This document shows, piece after piece, positions 43,506 through 57,000 of a stretch of 64,000 nucleotides of DNA (position 1 is the stretch's first letter; every line of letters begins with the position of its first letter). Source of the DNA: Amoeboaphelidium protococcarum X5. Taxonomy: Eukaryota; Fungi; Aphelidiomycota. The stretch covers positions 186,001-250,000 of the forward strand of contig JALDTO010000142.1 of assembly GCA_023515725.1 (NCBI GenBank). The letters run 5' to 3'. The translations under genes were made by a program, and so were the position numbers. Below the pieces are notes generated by a model, which was not told the DNA's origin, made no database searches, and saw only the letters and a program-made list of their open reading frames with translations.

Positions 43506-43523
43506 GAGAGAGAGAGAGAGAGA
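43506..43523. repeat. (GA)n microsatellite
   Basis: GAGAGAGAGAGAGAGAGA in the intergenic region between divergent genes. Confidence 0.9.
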
Positions 43524-44305
43524 GTAAGTGTATAGATTGAATGAGAACAAAAAATACGACTGCGCCACAACGCCCGGCTGACTTTAACGAGCGACCGGTT
43601 TCAAATTCACGTTTTGTTTCACACGGACGCTTGATTGGGTCAGATCGCGCGGTCCTGTTCACGCAATACCTCTCCACGTTATAGCCACGTCATTCATGAG
43701 GTGTTGATTGAGATGCATTCCGTCTTGATATAATGTATATGTATATCGTCACCTCTGATGCCACGGTAATTTTGGTTCATTGTTCTCTAGACGCCGACGC
43801 TTAGTATGCGGATATAAACCGTAAGAAGCGATTACTCAGAGATGCTTTTTGAAGAAATGAACGCGTTCTGAGGCTTAATGGTAATGATGAGGTCTTTATA
43901 AATTCATATATTCGTATGACTTGTATGCAACGTGGTTTGTAGCGCAGTATTATTCAAATAATATCTCTGACTTTCAATATTCATCTACAACTAAACAGTC
44001 TTTGCTTTCACTAAAATCAAAATAGAGAGTATTTAAAGTAAGCAATTGCCGAGTAATTGAGTGTACAGAGAAGTGTTCCACGCGAGGAATCACTCAGTCT
44101 TTCTGCGCTCGCTTTCTCTCTCTCTGTCGTTCTCTGATTTGAGTTCCTCCTTCAGCAGTCTCCTTCTCGCTGGAATTCTTCTCGTTCGATTTCTCTCTTG
44201 TTTCTTCGCGAGTGGTTCTATCAGTCAAGTAACTTTATCTCGTATTGCAACACTTTTAACTTGAAAATAAAGTCAAGTACCTAGCTTATCTTTTGACAAT
44301 AGTAA

Positions 44306-47300
44306 ATGCAGCTGTAAATTAAAAAGACTCTCTCCAATCGCTCAGATAGAGTTAAATGTGTGGACTTTCATCCCTCTGAGCCGTGGCTTCTGGTCAGCTT
44401 GTACAATGGTCAATGTCACATTTGGAACTATGAACTGTAGACTCTGCTCAAGACTTTTGAGGTGTGTGATCAACCTAGTCGCTGTGGTAAGTTTATTGCA
44501 AGAAAGAGCTGGTTTGTCGTAGGTTCTGATGATATGAATTTGAGAGTGTTCAACTACAACACTCATGAGAAGGTGGCTGCCTTTGAAGCTCATTCTGACT
44601 ACATTCGGTCCGTTGCTGTTCATCCCAATCAACCGCTTCTGCTTAGTAGTGCAGATGACATGGTTATCAAAATGTGGAATTGGGACTAAAAGTTCAAGTG
44701 TGTCATGACTTTTGAAGGACATTCGCATTATGTAATGAGCGTCTGCTTTAACCCAAAGGACTCTAACACTTTTGCCTCCGCCTCGCTAGATAAGACAATC
44801 AAGGTGTGGAATCTTGCTAGTCCTCACCCGAACTATACTTTGGAAGGACATGAGAAGGGAGTTAATTGGGTAGATTACTACAATGGTGGTGAGAAGCCGT
44901 ATCTTATCTCTGCTGCCGATGATAAGACGGTCAAGATTTGGGACTATTAGACAAAGACGTGCATAACCACACTGGAAGGTCACACTTAGAATGTTTGTGC
45001 TGCGTGCTTTCATCCGGACCTGCCTGTTATTTTGTCCGGATCTGAAGATGGAACTGTCCGCGTATGGCATGCGACAACTTATCGACTGTAGAATACCCTC
45101 AACTATGGATTCGAGCGTGTGTGGTCTATTGCTTATCACAAGGGCAGTAATGCCGTGGCGATTGGTTATGATGAGGGATCTGTGGTGATTAATTTGGGCC
45201 GTGAAGATCCGTCAGTGTCCATGGACAATAGTGGCAAGATTGTCTACTCCAAGTAGAATGAGATTCTGATGGCCCACCTCCAAGGAGCAGATCTCAGCAC
45301 CGTCAAGGATGGAGAGCGTGTGAGTGTGGCCGTTAAGGATTTGGGTAATAGCGAAGTGTATCCGTAGACGTTGCAACATTCTCCTAATGGAAGATTTGCT
45401 GTCGTGTGTGGAGATGGTGAATTTATCATCTACACCGCCCTGTCTTGGAGAAATAAGAGTTTTGGCAGTGCTCTTGAGTTTGTATGGAGCAGTGATAGTA
45501 ACGAGTATGCTTGTAAAGAGTCTGGCACTAAGATCAAGTTGTTTAAAGCTTTTAAGGAACGCTTGGTGCTGTCCACTCCATTTAACGCTGATGCCATCTA
45601 TGGTGGGATGTTGTTGGGTGTGAAAAGTGGTTCATTTATGTGTTTTTATGACTGGTCTAGTGGTTCCATGGTGAGACGTATTGATGTTGTGCCCACAAAT
45701 GTGTACTGGTCAGAGAATGGAGAATTTGTGTGTATTAGCTGTGCCGATTCTTACTATATTTTGAAGTACAGGTCAGATGTGGTGGCCAGTATGGTTGCAG
45801 ACGGCAATGTCCCCCAGGATGGTATTGAGGAGGCTTTTGACGTGGTGGCTGAGACTGCAGAGGTTGTCAAGAATGGCTGTTGGGCCGGCGATTGCTTCAT
45901 CTATACTACTGCCAGTAATAAGTTGAATTATTTTGTTGGAGGCTAGGTGAATAGTGTTGCTCACTTTGACAAGAATATGCATCTGTTGGGATATCTGCCC
46001 AAAGAGAGCCGTATTGTGGTTTGTGATAAGGATGTTAACATCTTCACGTACAATTTATCTCTTACTCTCTTGGAGTATCAGATTGCTGTACTTCGCAAGG
46101 ATTTTGCGACAGCTTAGAAGCTACTTCCTAATCTAACGGATGAGCAGAGAAACAAGATTGCCAGATTCTTGGAGGGATTGGGTATGAAGCAGTTGGCAAT
46201 GGAAGTCACTACGGATGTTGAGCATTAGTTTGAATTGTCTCTGCAGTTGTAGTTGCTGGATCAGGCGTACTAGATTGCACGCACAATCAATCAAGACATC
46301 AAATGGAAACAAGTTGGTGATTTTGCTCTATAGTAGTGGAATATCAAAGTGGCTGAGGAATGCTTCTCCAATGCCAAGGATTATTCGAGTCTATTTTTGA
46401 TTTATAATTCTTTGGGTGAGGTTGATAAGATGAAGACGTTGGCTGGTTAAATTGGCTCCGGATCCGTGTAGAATTCGTCTAATTTGGCCTTTCTTAGCAG
46501 TTTTCTTTCCAGCAACTTTGAATAGTGCCTTGAATTGCTAAGTGGAGCTGAGAGATATCCAGAAGCTGCTTTATTCGCGCGTACCTACTAGTAAGACGGT
46601 GTAGCAGACCTTTATGACTAATGGGTGAAGCAGTTGCGCCGTGATGGAATGAAAAAGGTGGCTGATGCTCTGTAACTGCCTGAAGGTCTTACTCAGAGTA
46701 ATGGTCATTATAAGCAATCACTGTCGCAGTAGCCAAAATAGCCGCAATAGTAGTAGCAAGCGTCGCCGATATCAGTATCTCCAAAGAGACAAGAATCTCC
46801 ATTGAAGTAGAAGTCGTCGTAGCCCACTGCAATTGCTCCAGTTGAACCTCAATAGCCGTAGTTTGATGAAAGTCTCATTCCTGTTGTCGATACTCCATCT
46901 CCTGTTAAATAGGAATAGGACTAGTTCAGGGTGCAGTAATCATAGGTATAGCCACAGCCAATGATGGGCCGTACGTCATCGGTGAGTCCTTAGTTGTAGT
47001 AAAAGATGTCGTCTCCGTCATCCCCTGGACAGTAGCAGCCGAAGTCTTAGCAATAGTCTAGTCCTGTAGTCTCGTAGCAGAAAGATACAAGATCGCCACT
47101 ATTGGACTTTAACAATTAGCCACAACAATTTGTTAATTAGAACGCGTATCAGAGCTAGTTCTAATAGCCTTCAGTGTAATAGCCACCAGTGATGCAGTTT
47201 AATTAATAATAGCCTGGTGGCAATCAGTCACCTGAGAATGACTTGTTCGTTGATGCGGTCATGCCAGTACAGTCGAATTCTCCTTAGAAGCAGCAGTAGT

Positions 47301-47497
47301 AGTAGTTTCAGGATTATAATTATGATAATAAAAATGTTGTTAATGCTGCACAAGAACCTTAAGCATCTCTGCTTGATGATGATCTGGATGCTGTGCTGGC
47401 TGAGGGTGCCGGCAATATTGATCTGAATGAGTTCTCCACCGCCAACGAGCCACATTCAACTGGCGATGCGGAACTGGATGAGTTTCTGAATATGTGA
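44306..47497 (+). CDS. SEC27: Coatomer subunit beta-prime with long Q/P-rich tail
   Basis: [38 protein letters not shown](TAG=Q)[13 protein letters not shown]. Confidence 0.97.
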
Positions 47498-47742
47498 TCA
47501 TCACTTTTGTAATAATGAACGATTAAAATCAGCTTCAATTTTAATAATATCATTATTTCTTTACTATATCCAATCGATTATTAGTTTTAATATTAATAAA
47601 CGTGTCTTCCTCCCTCTCTCTATATCTACAAAATAAGTTCGTCAATTGAAATAGATATCTACATTTTCATTTTTCTCTTTTCATTTCTCTCTTCATCATC
47701 ATCACTACTCCCTCCAATTGGTACATGCATGATCCGTCCATT

Positions 47743-49350
47743 ATGTCTGAACGGTAGAATTAGAAATTGGGAGAAATACCTAGCACACAATATTAATAGT
47801 AGTAGACACAGTAAAGGTAGCCACTTAATGCTGATGCCACTTCAGAATAAAAGAGTAGTAAAAGCAAGCATAGACGGAGAAAGAAAAAGAAGAAGCAACC
47901 CCAACCTCTGCACAATGATAATTTGAATAATAATGATAGAAGTAAAGACATGCATAAAAATTCTTTATAAAATGCTCAATAAAAGATTGATCAGGTGGAG
48001 AGTGGAGTTAAAGATGTGAATTTGAATGCTGATGGTGATCGTGTGATTAGAGATTAAAGACCAAAGAGGACACCACATAGTAATAGTATTAATAAGTAGA
48101 ACATGAATGTAATAAGCCCTACTACCGCCAGATGGTAGTTGCCAGATGTATAGAAAAGTACTTGGAATAATTTCAATGCTGGATGGTCTCATGTTAAGAG
48201 TAGTCCTCCAGCTGACAGTAAATAGCCAGCTATCACGTAATCGTACGCGTCATCTCCCTTTCAGACCTCACCTCAAAGCTTCACACGTCAATCTCCTGGT
48301 TAGGCGTAATACTTGGGCTGGAATGTTGCCCCGTCAGAGTATAGACCGTCTCAGCTGTAGTAGATGTAATATAGTCAGTAATCATCATAATCATCATCAT
48401 CATAGAATCCGTAAATGATGGATCCCAATATATTTGACACTGCTTTGCGGGATATAAATTAGAAAAAGACCAGTCTAGCTGTATCATCTCAGTTTAGGAG
48501 TATTGAAAAGTTTCTTAAGCATTCTCTCATACCAATGAACGAGGAATTCTGTTATAGACGCGGTGATTACTCTTACATTTCACCTGGCAACATCAAGGAT
48601 ATTTATCTCATCCATCCTGGCTCTCTAATAATAACCGATCATCATGTTAATCAAGCCGGAGATGTTAGTGGATAATCAATTTTGGCGTCCGTGATGGCCA
48701 TTAGAGATGTGGCTCTTATCACTGGAAATTTGTATGTTTATTAGCCTTAAATGTCATTGGTAGAGAAGCAGGTAATGTTGGCGTTATCACTCTCCCCCGT
48801 TACTGGGACTCCTATTGATGAAATGCTTAGTAATGCATCATCGCTCCCGTCAAAGTCGTTGTACTGGATTAATGGTAAAGATGTGCTTGACATCTCGGAG
48901 CGTATAGTCTCTGCCAACTGGGGTCCGTGGGGACTTCATTCTGTTGTGATTGCAAGTCAGGACATACGAAAACTACTTGAGTAGAAGAATTAGAGTGGTG
49001 ATGGATAATAGCCGGATTAATACGAAAAATTGCGAAAAGTGATAAAGTACGTTGCGATTGTTCCTATTACAATGCCTCAGTAATCGTAGCCGTAACAAGA
49101 GTATTCGGGTACTGTCTATGGTGATCAACCTCAAAATAGCAATACATAACGATCATCAGCTCTTTACACTCCTCCTGCTCTGCTCAACTCGCGCACTCCA
49201 CGCCGTCTCTCTCAATCCAGTCTTGCATCAATAGGCTCTATGTGCTTTCACTATTTCAACATTGCTCATCTTCACTGCCTGGATAATGATTTCTGGGGAT
49301 TTGGAGCTGATTCTGATGATCCAGTCGATCTTGGTCCTAGTAGAGAATGA
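47743..49350 (+). CDS. Hypothetical protein (535 aa)
   Basis: Continuous TGA-free frame. Disordered Q-rich N-terminus with a basic cluster (KHRRRKKKKK) and a globular-looking middle part. Confidence 0.7.
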
Positions 49351-49643
49351 TCAGTTACAATTAAATACAAAGTGTGATAAAGTTTGTTTACATTGAAGCT
49401 TTTTTGCCCTACAATTGTTGACACGATCGAAAAAAAGTATTATTTGACCGAGTATTGATCAATCAAATTCGCGTCTGATTGGACTGTACAGTAGTTACAT
49501 TTAACACCGAACCAATCAATGCACTCATCAGATATTGCTGATACCATCTATAGATTCATGGATGATCTATCTACTCTTTCCGCTGTTTAATCACTACAGC
49601 TGTATTTAATATACAAGAAGAAATATAAATCAATATCACTAAT

Positions 49644-52600
49644 ATGAATAAAGCTGTTAAAGAGTTGATGGAATAGCTTGTTTCAGAGCGAGACACTTTG
49701 AGATCCCAAACCGTAATGTTGTGGAATGTGGTGTAAGCGCAGTATGAAGAAATGAATGAATTGAAAGAATCTAATGAGCAAATGCTTACTGATAACGCGG
49801 AGCTGAAGAATTAGATTATTGAATTGGAAAGAGTTAAAAATCCCGCAGTGTAGTTATTTTCGCTGTAAAAGGATACATCCTCCACTGGTGATGCTGACGA
49901 GTAATCTGTGTTTGATTTACCCGAGTCTGAATCGGTATCTGAAATTGGTGTTAATCGCACGCGTGACCAAGAGAGGAAGCTTTCATTGGATGATAATAAG
50001 GACACCGATATTCCGGAGCAGGCATCATACACGCCAAAGAGACTCAACACTCGCGACATGCCCGTCACTGATTTCATTGCTCCTCTGGACCTGAAGCTGT
50101 AGTAATAAAGTGATCGCGAGTAAGATTATGATGAAGACGCGTCAAAGACTGATGATCGACATGAAACAGAAGATCAAGTTGCGCCTCTAAAGTTTAGCTT
50201 TGCACAAGACGGTTTGTAGCCAGTGAGCTCTAATGAATAGTCAACGATGAATTCCGTAAGTGAAGGCAATACCACCAACTCGATGCGATCACGTCCAAAA
50301 AAGGCAAAGGGAAAGCCTGGCAATCAGCGAAAGTCCGCTAGAAAGTCTACTCTTGGCGGCACTGGTAATAAATCATCCAATATTAACTCTTTTATTGGCA
50401 CTGATAACAAAGTACATAGTGATAAGAAGGCTGACAGGACATTCTCTTTCGTGCCTGAGATTCCTTTTGATTTCAAGCTTGATCTTGGTGGATAAGTAGC
50501 TGACAAGGACGTAAATGATAGCTCATAAAATGTTGAGGAGAAAGGTGAGCCTTCAGAAAAGGTGAGCCCTTTGTCTCTTGATAAGGATCTTCCAGAGGTT
50601 TCCGAATCGGGTCCTGCTGATGCGACAGACGATACACGTAACTAAAATCCCACCGGTGATGTTGCTAGTCAGGCTAATGATGCTCCCTTGTAAAATCAGG
50701 ATATGATCAAGAAGGGGGAAGAGGCATCTTAGTATGGTACTTCTGGAAGTGTGAAAAGTAATGCTGGGCCTTCTCAATTTCCTCAGACTGTGGAAGAGAG
50801 GTTTTTCGCGGTATCTTCTGCTAACGACTTGCGTATTTCAGTGCTGTATTCTGCTGTGAGACTGAATGAATTCAATGTGGAGTACACCGTCTATGTCATC
50901 GCCGTTATGGATGGCAAGAGACCGTTGTGGCACGTGTAAAAGCGCTACTCTGACTTTCTGGAGTTGCACAGTTTGGTTAAGTAACATCATCCAGAACATG
51001 CCGTAGAAAAGATTGGCCAAGAGCCTTCTTAAAAGCTATTTAGTGGCTAGACAAAGCTGTCCCCTAGTAAGGCAGATAAAAGGCGTATGGCTCTGGAGAT
51101 TTATCTTTCTGGTGTTATTAGTGAGACTGGTCATCGCCCTGATGATGTATATGAATTCCTCTCTACTGACGTTCTGGAGTTGACTGACAAGAGCCGAATC
51201 CATGTATTCTCCGACAGTCTGCATGAAGGTTATCTGGCAAAGAAGGGCCGCAACTTTGGTCAATGGAAGCGCCGCTACTTTGTGCTCAGTACAAACCGCT
51301 TTGACTACTACGAGAGTCAGGAGCACGCGGCTACTGTTGCAGACTCCTTGACCTTTAGTGATATGTCTCAGATTTTGAAACCTCTTGGATCTGTCAATCT
51401 GAATGGCGCCAAAGTGGCCCGATAGAAGGATCAGAAATCAGCTGACAAGTCATCGAATGGTCAATACAGACATGGTTTGCTGATCTCTGAGAATTCTATA
51501 CAGGACAAGAATGAAGCATCGGATCGTTAGCCAAGGAAGGTAATCTTGTGCGCGGAGAGTGACTTTGAGCGTGATTATTGGGTGTATTTTATCTCTGAAT
51601 AAATCCAGTTCCTCCGCTCTGGCTTTGCAACATATGCAATGTATCAAGCTAATCTCACTTAGAAGTAGCAGTAGAGATCTCAAAGTAATTCCATGTCAAG
51701 AGGTGCTAAATTAGCTAACTATTCTTACAGTAATAGCAAGTCCACTTCGGTTGTTGGCAGTGGCTCTGCAGCTGATGGAAACTCTCAAAAACTAGATAAA
51801 TCACTAGCTAATGAGATGTAAGAGTAGTTTGAGTAAAAGTCTCGTGCATCTCGTTTGGTTGACTGGGCATCCTCTCAGCTAAAAGGTAAAGAGCCAATTT
51901 CGAGTGATGTTAAGCCGCTAAATCGTAAGAGTCTTTTCGGAGCTCCGCTGAATCTGCCTGAGAACTTTGCCAAAGTCAATGGCGAAGACTAACAGTTGCC
52001 ATCTGTGCTGTACCGATGTATTGATTATTTGGAGTATAAGAAAGCTTACATTGAGGAGGGTATATATCGTCTGAGTGGCTCTGTGTCTGAGATGAACGAA
52101 CTGCAGTCGAAATTTGATTCCGAGCGCGATATTGATTTAACTAAGATGAAGCCTCAGCCTGATGTACATGTTGTTGCTGGTCTGTTAAAGCTCTATTTAA
52201 GATCAATGCCTTCTAGCTTGTTAACTCCCGAGCTTCATCGCCAGTTTATGCATGTCACTGACCTGACTCAAGTTTCTGACCGCTCTATTGAGCTGGCGCG
52301 TCTGGTGTCTTTGTTGCCAATGCAAAATTACACTATACTGAGGTTCTTGATTGCTCATCTTATCAATATTGTACAACATTCTGATGTTAATAAAATGACT
52401 GCTCGCAATGTTGGTATTGTCTTTGCTCCAACGATGCACGTCCCTGCAGGTGTATTTATGCTCATGATGGCTGATTTCGAGTTCATCTTCTGGGTCAATT
52501 CAGACAAGGATGGCGATAACAATAAGGCTGAGAGAAACTTGAAAGCGTTGAGTGTCTACAATGCTCCTGAGGAATCACAGTCTGATATTATCTAGCCTAA

Positions 52601-53246
52601 GGAGCAGCTGGAAGCTGTGGTTTAGGAAAATGCTCAAGACACCGTATAATCTGACTCTGTAATTGAAAAGTAATTGCAAAAGAAATAGTCTAACTAGGTG
52701 AAGGATATCTCCGCTGCTCCTGAGTACGGAACTCTTCTACCCACGTTCGATTTTGGAAGTCGCTCCAACTCCTGGAGATTTAGCTCTCTAAAGACTGGTG
52801 GATCTAATAGGAATAGCAAGCTGTATGAAGAATCGGCTAAGAAGGATGTGATTGACAGAGAGAAGTAGATCCTCTAAGACAAGAGACATAGTTAGGATTT
52901 GCGCAAGTTTGCGAATATCGATCACGTGTTTAATGAGTTGGACATTAATACGGCTTCTTCGAGGTACAGTGATATTCCATCCAGTGCTCATCCGGACGGT
53001 GCCGAATCTCCTAGTGCCGATTTGCAAGTGATTCCTCACATTGAAAAGTTGTCCAACATCATGTGGAAAGCTGGTGATCGTCACTCGAGAGTTATATCTG
53101 TTTATGATACGTACGCTGATTCTGATGCTTTCGGCAATGATGAGTAGTATGAAAGTGTTTCTCCCGATACCGCTGATTCTGGTGCACTTCGATCAGATGT
53201 GCAGGATGACTCTGATGTTAAAGTATTTGAAGACGATGATATGTGA
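49644..53246 (+). CDS. PX-PH-RhoGAP protein (Bem3-like), 1200 aa
   Basis: N-terminal coil ERDTLRSQ..LW; PX (KRYSDFLELH); PH (EGYLAKKGRNFGQWKRRYFVL); RhoGAP (EEGIYRLSG, AGLLKLYLR, NKMTARNVGIVFAPT). Confidence 0.92.
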
Positions 53247-53310
53247 AATGAAAAGTTTAAATTTTAATAATTGTGAAAAAAATACAAGAAATCTTGTGAA
53301 ACATTCATCT

Positions 53311-54277
53311 TCACTCTTTACTGTTAGAAAATTTTTAAAGCAACTCCAAATACTGAGATCTACATGGTGTCACTTAGTTAGAATAAGCTCAAAGACTGAT
53401 GGCTAAATTACGATGATAGTAGCTGAAATAACTAAGGGATTCCCAACTGTAATTGCTCAACAACCGCCTTATGCAGCGGATTACCAGCCAACTTCAACCC
53501 ATGAGTTTGTATAAGTGATTTGCAATTGGCAAGTCCTACAGGTAGAAGCACCAGCTTGTTGCCTTGCGCGTACAAGGCTTTCAACTTGGTCAATTTCCCA
53601 ATCTCTTCAGGTAACGTCGTGATTTTGTTGTCGCGCACGACCAGCGTTTCAAGTTCAGTCAGTCGTCCAATTTCAGGCGGCAACTTGACCAGTTTATTAT
53701 CGGAGATGTATAATGCTTTCAAAGTACCTACATTTAAAGAGCAATTGGTATACAAGATTATGATAAAGATCCAGAATCATACTCAAGTATCCAAAGTTGG
53801 ATTTAAGCTCTGTCAATTCATTGCAGCTCAGATCAAGCATTTACAGGTTGGGAATACTACCAAATCCTTATGGCAGCTCTTTGATCTGATTAACAGCCAA
53901 ATTAAGGATGCGAAGTTTTGGCAACATGTTCACAACGTTGGGAGGAAGCTACTTGATATTATTACCAAAAAGCGTCAGAAATTCCAAAGCTTTCATATAC
54001 TAAATCGCTTCAGGTACATCTACAAAAAATATCACATTATCTCATATCATAAGATTGGCCATAATCTTACCAACTATTCCATTAGCGCCTAGATTGAGTC
54101 TCGTCACATACACAAGCTGTTCTACATCACTATTGAACAAAAAGTCACAAATATACAACAATCAAATTTAGATAACATACTTATTTCTTCAGGCACATTT
54201 TTGGCACCAGTCTTGAAAAGATCAACCTCTGTGGCACCTTTCTACCTTGCCTGTTCGATGATATCCTTAACTTTCAT
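53311..54277 (-). CDS. Leucine-rich repeat protein, Ras suppressor-1 (RSU1)-like; introns 54122-54180, 54020-54070, 53728-53782, 53360-53411
   Basis: 249 aa LRR-only protein; LPQGFGSIPNLQMLDLS, TLKALYISDN, QGNKLVLLP, GNP...EQLQLGIPQLF resemble RSU1. Confidence 0.75.
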
Positions 54278-55060
54278 TGTTCTGCTACGAATCTTACACT
54301 GTTTCAGTCGGTAGAGAAGAGAACTTCAAGTTGGGCGGGTGAAACACTAAATCACTGTAGCTTCATTGACTATCCCTGCAAGTTCATACTCTGTCACATG
54401 CTTTACAGCATGCATTTCAATCAGTATAAAAGTATCTTTGACAAGAGCATTTGGGTTTACACGATACGACATCATCGGGCAATTATGGATTTGACTATGA
54501 ACGAACCACAGAGCGCAAAGCCAATCGAATCGCGAATGCACACAAATTTGACAAAGCAGGGAGGTTTTGTATAATGTATTTCACCATAAACTCTTAGACT
54601 TTTAGTATTCAATTAGACGACCACTTGTGTATCAAATATAATCGTAAAAATGTAGTCAAAAGTTAAATATTGAAGTTTGGGAGTAGCTGGGATATGCTCA
54701 TCGGCGAACAATTGGATCTAGTCAAGGTGTATCTAGTGCATAAAATGAAGATATAAAGAAAAATGGTGCAAAGCATTATATCTATCAATTGAAAACGATT
54801 GAATTATGATAGTTATACAGCATATAGTATTCAATAATTTCTATCAGTTTCATGACCGTTTTAGTTTGAGGAAAGGAGAGTTTCTCCTTGTTCTCTATGC
54901 AGCAGCGCTGTTACTGTCTAACTCTATCAATATTCAACCGAATTTCATGATATTTTCACAGATTTTCGACTGTTAGTTATTGCAGGGACGTACTTCATCA
55001 GACATACATACAGGCTCTTTAGTCTATGATACTGAGCTTTACACCGAATATCTCATTGTT

Positions 55061-57000
55061 TGTCATTTACGATCGCGGGGCGCTGAAACGGCCGCGAAAT
55101 CCGTCGCTAAAAATCCAGTGGCTTTCATATCTGAAACGCGAACGACTAGCCGATGTTTGATAATTCATATCTCTTCCCATCTAAACAATATCAATTGTCG
55201 CAACTAACTCTTGAGTTATATATATGCGCAATATCTCCTATGCTCTATGCGGTGCTCACACAGTATGCTGGTATGTTGGTCCAAGTTTGGTGAGCATCTT
55301 CCTCTTCAATCATTCGCTTGTCTTATCTCGTCGTCTGAAACAGTCTCGCTTGGCGGCTTTGTTGCATCTGGCATTGTCTACTGCCTACTCTACTGGTATG
55401 GTATCCTTCACTCATTATGGTATTGGTCTTAGTTGCAACTCTCTGTCTTCCATCCAGTGCAAGTTTCTGCTGTGCTTCTTCGCTACCTATATGCTATGTG
55501 GTGTCTGCTGGTACTGCATTTCAAGTACATGAATGCTTCTGAACCATTGGTATTCTCCAGAAGCTCCTCATGCTGTATCTCTATCCTATTCCTCATTAAG
55601 CATGCTTGTTCCTCTATGCTCTGTTCCATGTCTACTGTTCTGACTCTTCTGAAGCTACTCCATGGCTCGCTAAAGGTAAGCTTTACTCTATCTCTCTTGT
55701 GATCTGTGTAGGAAAGTGAAGGTAGGTCTCTTATATGGTGTTGCGTCCGGCGTATGAATCATACCTTTAATCTTAGCCTTATGTAGTGCCCCGCTGAAAA
55801 AAGAATCGTATTACGCAGGCACACCCGGGATGGTAGGAGGGAGCGGTGTGACCTTTGCATGTTTATTATAATAGGAGGTGGGAGGTAAAAAATAAATGAT
55901 AAAAAAGCTAAAAATTAAGAGGGAAAGGGAGGGAGAAAAGATATAAAAGTAAAGGTTGCTAATATTGCCCGTCTGGTAGATAGATGGGCCTGTGTCCTAA
56001 TGGCCTCTGATACTTTTGGTTAAATCTGATCTGATATCCATGGCCTTCCAGCGAGTCCTCCCTCTTTCGTCAGTTGCTGCTGTAGTTGTGTCCATCGCTC
56101 CTGTTATCACGCACCTAGTTTCGTGTACCGTTACTTCCTGGTGCAAAGTCTTTCTAATTGACCGGTGCTGATGGTTCTACACAATCTGCAACTGGCTTTT
56201 CTATTTATGATGGGGTCTGCTGGTTCGTTTATCATTGGTTGTTGGCAGTCGGTCATGGATATCAGATCGGATTAGTTGATATATCGACATCTATGATCAG
56301 CTGGACCCCTTTGATTACCTGTGGTATTACGTTGGAGTTGCTTGTGGTAATCAATGATATTTTCTGGCCGCTATCACTGTATCTGCCCCTTGCCTTTGCC
56401 CCGAGTATGTCCCAACAGAGGTTCGTCCTGTTACTGTTGGGCCGCTGAAAGGTGCTCTGTGCTTAATTATCTACTCTATATCCCACGGCATTGTTGTTGG
56501 CTGTACTGCACACCTGGACTCTGCCCCGACTTTTGGCTGTACTGCACACCTGGGTCGTTTTGTCTCTGTCTCTGTCTCTGTCTCCTGCCTTTGCTCCAAG
56601 TATGTCCCAACAGAGGTTCGTCCTGTTACTGTTGGGCCGCTGAAAGGTGCTCTGTGCTTAACTACTCTTATTCCACGGCATTGTTGTTGGCTGTACTGCA
56701 CACCTGGACCTTGCCTCGACTTTTGGTTGTACTGCACACCTGGGTCGTTTGTCTCTTCTCTGTCTCTGTCTCCTGCCTTTGCTCCAAGTATGTCCCAACA
56801 GAGGTTCGTCCTGTTACTGTTGGGCCGCTGAAAGGTGTTTTGTGCTTAATTATCTACTTTTTATCCCAAGGCATTGTTGTTGGCTGTACTGCACACCTGG
56901 ACTCTGCCCCGACTTTTGGCTGTACTGCACACCTGGGTCGTTTGTCTCTCTGTTCTCTCCGTCTCTGATGTGATCTGACTCTCTCTCTCTCTCTCTCCTC
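55061..57000. mobile_element. Possible non-autonomous or degenerate repetitive element
   Basis: About 2 kb with no housekeeping gene, strong strand skew, a TGTCA start followed by a GC hairpin, an internal tandem array, microsatellites and a recurrent CGCTGAAA. No transposase or RT motif and no confirmed TSD. Confidence 0.3.
56391..56965. repeat. Three tandem copies of a ~190-bp unit
   Basis: Units start at about 56391, 56586 and 56774. Each has a CCCAACAG/CTGTTGGG hairpin, two copies of TGG[C/T]TGTACTGCACACCTGG and a (TCTCTG)n-like tail. Confidence 0.95.

Noticed and set aside
44064-44095. ACAGAGAAG resembling the U6 snRNA box
   Set aside because: It lacks the following AUUAGC catalytic triad, the 5' stem-loop and the U-tail, so it is likely coincidental.
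55788-55850. Twister-ribozyme-like ending (CCCGG...GGAGGGAGCGG pairing with CCGCT)
   Set aside because: No UAA cleavage-site motif, P2/P4 stems or pseudoknot partners could be built.
56391-56965. Tandem array as a CRISPR array, hammerhead array or Cys-rich protein (track ORF 56354..56968)
   Set aside because: Intervening sequences are themselves repeated, there are no cas genes and no CUGANGA/GAAA core, and units shift reading frame.
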